Below are positions 57,716 to 64,000 of a stretch of 64,000 nt of DNA, piece by piece; position 1 is the first letter of the stretch; each line of letters opens with the position of its first letter. This stretch comes from an uncultured Acidobacteriota bacterium (lineage in GTDB: Bacteria; Acidobacteriota; Terriglobia; UBA7540): positions 128,001 through 192,000 of the forward strand of contig CAWDSK010000003.1 in the NCBI GenBank assembly GCA_963804995.1, read 5' to 3'. Below the pieces are notes generated by a model, which was not told where the DNA came from, made no database searches, and saw nothing but the letters and a program-made list of their open reading frames with translations. The translations under genes and the position numbers were made by a program.

Positions 57716-59730
57716 CCGAACTTTCGCACTTCAGGGTGTTGAGTTGGGTTAACTCGCTTCTTTTCAGTACAGGCATTGCCAAGGTCTGGCCTACAAACGC
57801 AGCATTCCAGCAGGAAAGATTTCCGGCTGGACCGTGATCCTGGGCGGTGGCTGAGTGGGGAGCACGAGCTGCAGTTCGTGCAACAGGAGCTTTTGTTCGG
57901 GTGTCGGCTCGGTGTAGCGGGGCATCACTAATCGGCGCCCATCCGTGGTCGGGAAAGACACATCGAGCATCTGCATGCCCGCCAGCTTCTCCAGCACCGC
58001 TTTCGGCGTCAGGCCCGGAGCGTGGGCCTGCAGACGCTGTTTCAGCGTCACCCACAAGCCGTACGCCAGAAAGGCAATGAGGATGTGGGCCTCGACGCGA
58101 TGTTCTATTTGATGATAAATCGGCCGAATTCCCAGCTCACTCTTCAAACACTTAAAGGCCGCTTCGATCTGCGCCAGTTGCATGTAGCGGTCCCACAACA
58201 CCTCGGGATTTTCCCCCGTCAGATTGGTGCGCAACAGATAATGTCCATCGCGCCGCTCCGCTTCCTCCAACTTGCTGCGCTCGAGCCGGAACTGGAAGGT
58301 CTGGCGAGTCACTTCTTCCTGGGCCTTGGGCACGCTGATCTTCACGAAACCGAAGGCCCGTCCGGCTTCACTCTTGGCTGCTCCGATCTTCATCAGCAAC
58401 GCATCACGCGTCGGACACACGCGCCGCAAGGCCCGCAGCCTCCACAACAGCCGTGCCAGCTTGCGTCGACGGATGGCCATCTCTTTCGCCTGGCGGCCTG
58501 CGCTCTTCGCCAGCACATACAACTCGCCTTCCTCCGCGAACAGTTTCACCTCTACCGACTCGCGCACCTTCCGCCACGGCAGTTCCGTCCACTTCGCTTC
58601 GTACTGCCGGATCTTGCCCCGTGGCGTCCCCACCAGGTAAAACATCTCCCGCCCCGGGGTGCGCATCTCCGCCAGCAGTTCTTCACTGGGAACTCCCCGA
58701 TCCATCATCCACACCCGCCGTGCCTTGCCGTACACGCTCTCGATCTTGTCCAGAAAACCGCGCAAGCTGTTCCGGTCGGAAGTATTCCCCTCCATCACTT
58801 CGTAGGCCAGCGGGAAACCTTCCGGCGTCAGCACCAGGGCGATCACCACCTGCCGACAGTCGAACCGCCCGTCCCGGCTGTAACCGTGGCGGGCTTTGGG
58901 AATCGCTTCCGCCTCTCCTTCCACATAGGTGCTGGTGAGATCGTAGAGGAGCAGATCAAAGCGCGCCGCAAAGAGGTCTTGCCACCGCAGCCGCAGGTGC
59001 TGGAACAACTCCGCCTTGTGCGCCAGTATTCGATCCAGACAACGATAGAGCCGGTCCTTCTCGGCCACCGCGAAGTTCACTGCCAGCAACTCGGCCATGG
59101 CGGTCTGATCGAACCAGTGCCGATGCACACGGAATTCGCTGCCCGGCTCGATCAACCGGTTCACCACCAGCAGCCGTAGCACCTTCTCCCACGGAACTCC
59201 CTCGCGCCCTTCCGGCAACCTCGCCTGCCAGAACTCGTCCAGCTTCAACTGGCGCCACAGCTCGCAGCCCAACCAACAGCCACCGAAGGTGCGCGGCCGC
59301 TCAACGCGCATTTCACTCAACTTCACTTGTACGCCGTCCACAGCATCCGCAGGAAGTTCGCGGTCCTCCGGGAAGAGGCTCAGGGACGCGAGGACGCGAC
59401 GGTCCTCGTCAAAAACCTCCAGCGTCTTGCGCCACGCGGATTGTTGGCTGTCGTTGATTTCGCCCAGATACAGCACCGTCCGATGCACGACCTTCGAGCG
59501 CGACACGCGCCGACTCTCGACGATGCTGAAATAACGATGTTCCTTGCCGTCCTTTTTGCGTCGATGAATCTTCAGGTGCACGCCCCAGAATGCCAGACCT
59601 TCGCGCCCCAGAAAAGAGGGTAGGTCGGGCCTACAAGCACTCTTCAACCCGCGCCCATTGAAGGCAAAGACCTTGTGCACCGCAAGCTGCCAAAATCAGC
59701 CCGGTAGCGGGTGGAAGTGCGAAAGGCAGG
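57716..59730 (-). mobile_element. IS1634-family insertion sequence
   Basis: Imperfect 17-bp TIRs CCGAACTTTCGCACTTC / GAAGTGCGAAAGGCAGG with CTAA on both flanks. Confidence 0.85.
57791..59581 (-). CDS. IS1634-family DDE transposase
   Basis: YDLTSTY.EG, GYSRD.R.D..Q, MDRG, IE.AFK.LK, RP.YHQ...RV.AH. Confidence 0.92.
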   Translation of the reverse strand: MHLKIHRRKKDGKEHRYFSIVESRRVSRSKVVHRTVLYLGEINDSQQSAWRKTLEVFDEDRRVLASLSLFPEDRELPADAVDGVQVKLSEMRVERPRTFGGCWLGCELWRQLKLDEFWQARLPEGREGVPWEKVLRLLVVNRLIEPGSEFRVHRHWFDQTAMAELLAVNFAVAEKDRLYRCLDRILAHKAELFQHLRLRWQDLFAARFDLLLYDLTSTYVEGEAEAIPKARHGYSRDGRFDCRQVVIALVLTPEGFPLAYEVMEGNTSDRNSLRGFLDKIESVYGKARRVWMMDRGVPSEELLAEMRTPGREMFYLVGTPRGKIRQYEAKWTELPWRKVRESVEVKLFAEEGELYVLAKSAGRQAKEMAIRRRKLARLLWRLRALRRVCPTRDALLMKIGAAKSEAGRAFGFVKISVPKAQEEVTRQTFQFRLERSKLEEAERRDGHYLLRTNLTGENPEVLWDRYMQLAQIEAAFKCLKSELGIRPIYHQIEHRVEAHILIAFLAYGLWVTLKQRLQAHAPGLTPKAVLEKLAGMQMLDVSFPTTDGRRLVMPRYTEPTPEQKLLLHELQLVLPTQPPPRITVQPEIFPAGMLRL

Positions 59731-59834
59731 CTAAGACAACAAGGAATTGCGCTATTTCACTTTAAGGCGCACGCCATGACGGACGCCGGGGCGGAATTCC
59801 AGGTTGTGCTAACATGAAAACCGAGGGCCTTTGC

Positions 59835-60962
59835 ATGTTGGTGTTGGGCATTGAATCGAGCTGCGATGAAACTGCCGCCGCGGTGGTGGCAGACGGCGTG
59901 GAAATTCGTTCGAGCGTAGTCGCCTCACAGGTTCTTACGCATGAGAAATTTGGGGGTGTCGTACCCGAGCTCGCCTCGCGCGAACACTTGTGCAAAATCG
60001 TGCCGGTCGTCGACGAAGCCTGCCGCCAGGCTCACGTGGCTCTCGGCGACGTGGATGCCATTGCGGTTACCGAGGGCCCGGGCTTGATCGGTTCGCTCCT
60101 GGTCGGATTGGTTTACGGCAAGGCGCTGGCCCTCGCGCTCCACAAACCGCTGATTGGGGTGAACCATCTGGAAGGCCACATCCACGCCGTCATGCTCGAG
60201 AATAAAACGGACCGTGCGGCTGGGAAAACGGTTCCGGAAGCACAACTCCCCGCCGTCACTCTGGTAGTCTCCGGCGGTCACACCAGCTTGTTTCGTGTGG
60301 CGGCCAATTCTTCCGATTCCCCTGCGTTCACTTACTCCCAGCTCGGTCACACTCGCGACGATGCCGCAGGCGAAGCTTTCGACAAGGTCGCGAAGCTGCT
60401 GGCTCTGGGATACCCGGGCGGGCCGATTATTGACAAGCTTGCGCGCTTTGGAAATCCCCGGGCGGTGGAGTTCGGCCACGTCAAGATGAAAGGCAATCCG
60501 CTGGATTTCAGTTTCTCCGGCATCAAAACCGCCGTGCTCTACCGCGTGCGCGGCACTCACTTTGCCCGGGAAGCGGAGGAGCGCCGCGCCTGGCGCCAAA
60601 CCGTCGAGCGCCCCAGCATCGATGATCTTCGCTCCCATTGTTCCCAGGAAACGCTCAACCTCGTGGCGAGCTTTCAAAGTGCCGTGGTCGAGGATTTGCT
60701 TGAGCGCACACTTGCCGCCGCGGACGCCTGCCGCCTCGACACCGTCTTCGTCTCGGGAGGCGTGGCGTCCAATTCCCTGCTCCGTCAGCGCTTTGCCGAG
60801 GCCAGCAAACGACAGGGCCTCGAATGCTTCTTCCCTTCCCCCGCCCTATCGACCGACAACGCCGCCATGATTGCCGCCGCCGGCTATTGCAAACTTCTGG
60901 CCGGTGAGCGGGCCGGCATCTCGCTTACCGCTCACGCTTCGTTCCCATTGGGCACTACTTAG
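59835..60962 (+). CDS. tsaD: tRNA N6-adenosine threonylcarbamoyltransferase
   Basis: LGIESSCDET, HLEGH, SGGHT, DDAAGEAFDK, TDNAAMI. Confidence 0.97.
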   Translation: MLVLGIESSCDETAAAVVADGVEIRSSVVASQVLTHEKFGGVVPELASREHLCKIVPVVDEACRQAHVALGDVDAIAVTEGPGLIGSLLVGLVYGKALALALHKPLIGVNHLEGHIHAVMLENKTDRAAGKTVPEAQLPAVTLVVSGGHTSLFRVAANSSDSPAFTYSQLGHTRDDAAGEAFDKVAKLLALGYPGGPIIDKLARFGNPRAVEFGHVKMKGNPLDFSFSGIKTAVLYRVRGTHFAREAEERRAWRQTVERPSIDDLRSHCSQETLNLVASFQSAVVEDLLERTLAAADACRLDTVFVSGGVASNSLLRQRFAEASKRQGLECFFPSPALSTDNAAMIAAAGYCKLLAGERAGISLTAHASFPLGTT

Positions 60963-61755
60963 CGGGGCGACTACATAGCAGCTAGTTCCGCTCACGGCCT
61001 CTCGGGACGGTGAAGGTTCCATTTCCGGTTTGGCGACTAGAACAGCCAAGTGACGAGGGCGATGTTGATCCTTCCCACGCATGGAAGGGCGTTTTTCGTT
61101 CCAAATCCGCGTTTGCAGTTTGTCTCACCTCCGGCCACATTCGGTGAGCCGACAAGTAAGCCAGAACTTCGGTATACACCTACCGCCAAGCGCGAGGCCT
61201 ACGGCCCCGAAAGTCTGAGCTGGAATCAGCCAAATCGAGGCGGCAACGTCTGTGTCCCTTTTTGAGCAGACAGTCTGCCGCTAGCGGGGATGCGGATGGC
61301 GTATTCCCGACCCCACATTTCCAGCGCCTCGTAGACTTCCGGCTTGGCAAAGGCTGCGTCCCCCCGGAAGGCGAATTCCTTGGGATGAGCAATTTTGACC
61401 AGAGCGGTGAGCAGTCCCGAACTGACACGGAAGCAAGCCCATAATACAAGGGTTTATGGATCTCGGCCCTAATCCAGCGCACCGCGCCGGCGACATGTTC
61501 AAGTACAACCCAGATCCGACTTGGACGCCAGCAAAAGAGCAAGAATGATGCCGAGAGGCCGCGTGTGAGGGAAGGCCTTGGTGATTCCGTGCCGCAACCC
61601 TAAGCAAGTGGCTAGCCCATTACGCAATCCCGAACCATCGATCTCCACTTTACCGTTTACGGGCATTCTATGAAACCTTTCGCCCAAAGACTCCGGAGGA
61701 CACGGTGATGCAGATGCTAAACGAAATATTTCGTTCCAGGGAAAAAGGGCACTCC

Positions 61756-63756
61756 ATGAGACTTTTTCGTCAACGCCTGGTTGGTTTTATGTTTGTAGTG
61801 GGTACCTTAATGGTTGGGTCCAGCCTCGTGGGCCAGCAATCCAAGCCCACGGAGGTGGCTGCGCCCGTTCAGTCTGCCGATATGAAATTCGGCAATACCC
61901 GGTGGTTTCCGACGTTCTGGGAACCTTATTTCACGCCCATGGTCCCCGAGCCGAAAATGAGTAACTCTGAGCGTTTGCAATCGCTCCTGAGCGACGGGAA
62001 GCTGCATCTTTCCGTCCAGGATGCCATCACACTGGCGCTCGAGAACAATCTCGACATTGCCGTAGCGCGATACAACATCGCTTACTCCCAGACCGATATC
62101 CTTCGCACTCAGGGCGGCGGGGCGGCGCGCGGGTTTTCTGGATCGTTCACTTCGGGAGCGTTATTTGCAGGCGCCATTGGCGGCGGTGTCAACGCCAGCG
62201 GTGGGGGTGGCGGGGGGCGTGCTGGCGGGATCTCTGGCAGCGCGGGCGCCACGCAATTGGGGGGTGGGACTTTCGACCCCGCCGTCTCCTTTTCGATGGG
62301 CTGGGATCAAAACACCTCACCCCTTGGCACCACGGTGGTTACAGGCGTTCCCTTCGTCACGTCACAGGGGACAAGTTATTCGTCGAACTTGACGCAGGCC
62401 TTTCAGACCGGCACCAGCTATGAAGTGATCTTGGGGGGCTCGCGAGGGACCACGACATCGCTCACCTCCTCATATAACCCCCAGGTGAACGCTTTCATGG
62501 GCATAGGCTTTACCCAGCCCCTCCTGAATGGCTTTGGCCGTCGCGCCAATGCAGCGCAAATCCGTATCGCCAAGAATGACCGCAAGGTTGCGGACTCGGT
62601 GTTCCGCCAACAGGTCATCACTACCATCGCTCAAATTCTGAACTACTACTGGGATTTCGTGACGTTCGAGGAGAATATCCGCGTGGCACAGCAAGCTCTG
62701 GTCTATGCCAGGAAGTTGCTTTCCGACAACCAACGTCAAGTCCAAGCCGGCACACTGGCGCCCATCGAGGTGGTCCGTGCGGATTCCGAAGTTGCGGCTC
62801 GGCTGCAGGACCTGATTGTGGCACAAACCACCATGCAGCAGCAGGCTGAACTGATCAAGACGGCCCTCTCCAAACAGGTCGGCCCCGAATTGGCGGATGC
62901 CCAACTGGTCCCCGACGACAAGTTTCCTGAACCCCAACCGGATGACGTTCCGCCCCTCGCGGAAGCACTGCGAGTGGCTTTTGCCAACCGCCCTGAAATC
63001 GAACAAGTGGATTTGAAATTCAATGATCAGGACATCACAATTCAGGCTCGGCGCAACTCGCTGCTCCCCTCGTTGAATGTCTTTGCGAGCTATATTGCCA
63101 CGGGCTTGTCAGGGAACCAGTTGCTGTGTCCGCCGGGAGACACGCGCCACGGCAACGCCTGCTCTGTTCCCAACGACGGGTTGGTACCGCCGATCGGAAC
63201 GTTCATGGGCGGAGTTAATCAGGCTTTCACTCAGACTTGGCAAGGCCACTACCCTGATCATTCATTTGGCGTAAACCTCAGCATTCCGATTCGCAATCGC
63301 GCGGCGCAGGCTGACGCCGCCCGTGCGCTCCTGGAGCGGCGCCAGCTGGTGACCCAGCTCCAGCAATTCAAGAACAATATCGCCCAACAGGTGCGTAGCG
63401 CAGAGATTGGCGTCATCCAGGCCAAAGTTCAAATCGAAGCCGCTGTGAAAGGCACACAACTCGCCCAGCAGACCCTCGATGCTGAGCGCGAGAAATTTCA
63501 GTACGGCGGATCCACCGTCTTTCTGGTTATCCAGGCCCAACGAGACCTGGCTACCGCGGAGGGCAACGAAGTGAAGGCTCGTTCAACCTACGCCAAGGCC
63601 CTTACGCAGTTCCAGCAGCAGACCGCTACAATCCTGCAAAAGTACGGCGTGGAAATGTCGGACGCGGTTTCTGGAAAGGTGGAACGTACACCCAATATCC
63701 CCGGCTCGGCTGAGCACCCGCAGCCCCAGAAGCTCGAGACGCCGCCGCAAAGCTAG
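61756..63756 (+). CDS. TolC-family outer-membrane protein
   Basis: Signal peptide, DAITLALENNLDI, QPLL.GFG, NRPE, IPIRNR.AQAD, helical OEP repeats. Confidence 0.85.
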   Translation: MRLFRQRLVGFMFVVGTLMVGSSLVGQQSKPTEVAAPVQSADMKFGNTRWFPTFWEPYFTPMVPEPKMSNSERLQSLLSDGKLHLSVQDAITLALENNLDIAVARYNIAYSQTDILRTQGGGAARGFSGSFTSGALFAGAIGGGVNASGGGGGGRAGGISGSAGATQLGGGTFDPAVSFSMGWDQNTSPLGTTVVTGVPFVTSQGTSYSSNLTQAFQTGTSYEVILGGSRGTTTSLTSSYNPQVNAFMGIGFTQPLLNGFGRRANAAQIRIAKNDRKVADSVFRQQVITTIAQILNYYWDFVTFEENIRVAQQALVYARKLLSDNQRQVQAGTLAPIEVVRADSEVAARLQDLIVAQTTMQQQAELIKTALSKQVGPELADAQLVPDDKFPEPQPDDVPPLAEALRVAFANRPEIEQVDLKFNDQDITIQARRNSLLPSLNVFASYIATGLSGNQLLCPPGDTRHGNACSVPNDGLVPPIGTFMGGVNQAFTQTWQGHYPDHSFGVNLSIPIRNRAAQADAARALLERRQLVTQLQQFKNNIAQQVRSAEIGVIQAKVQIEAAVKGTQLAQQTLDAEREKFQYGGSTVFLVIQAQRDLATAEGNEVKARSTYAKALTQFQQQTATILQKYGVEMSDAVSGKVERTPNIPGSAEHPQPQKLETPPQS

Positions 63757-64000
63757 GCCGCAGTTCGAAACCGTAAAGAAATTGACACGCCACGGCCGCC
63801 GGCAGTGAGCGCCAGCGTTGTGGTGCTTCCGGCTTAAAAGAACTTCATCGGACTGATTCTTTAGAAGCTGTGGATCTGGTTGCGCGCTGCAAGCGCTATT
63901 CGGAGCGCAACGCTTCGATGGGATCGAGATAGGCAGCCTTTCTCGCAGGGTAATAGCCAAAGCTGATTCCGACCAGAGCAGAGAAAAAGACCGCGAGCAT

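Overview
Bacterial chromosomal segment, most likely Acidobacteriota/Terriglobia (inferred from the amidase-GerMN-rph-rdgB order and the tsaD/TolC style). It is mostly housekeeping: polA, lpxC, gdh, lsrF-rpe-aldolase/SDR, ruvCAB, folK-dNK-panBC, gatB, riboswitch-controlled btuFCD, AAA/VWA, mdtABC-OMF, galU, tsaD and tolC. Most notable: (1) a 7.57-kb transposase-less element (8650-16217) with perfect 19-bp terminal inverted repeats and a 9-bp target duplication. It carries TA modules, DUF1643 and an apparently undescribed six-gene operon: ACP-like carrier, radical SAM, XRE HTH, IrrE/ImmA peptidase fused to a chagasin-like inhibitor domain, papain-like C1 peptidase and a diverged thymidylate-synthase-fold protein. 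(2) A selenocysteine trait: tRNA-Sec plus two UGA-recoded redox proteins missed by the ORF track. (3) Unusual fusions: degenerate RuvB-Mrr nuclease and PanC-UDG-like. (4) A vapBC cassette bracketed by a synonymously diverged duplicate of the btuD 3' end. (5) ruvA/ruvC lack canonical starts. (6) Nested REP/MITE/IS200 structures, an IS1634 and heptamer-repeat hairpins. Domain calls come from motif recognition by eye; no searches were run.
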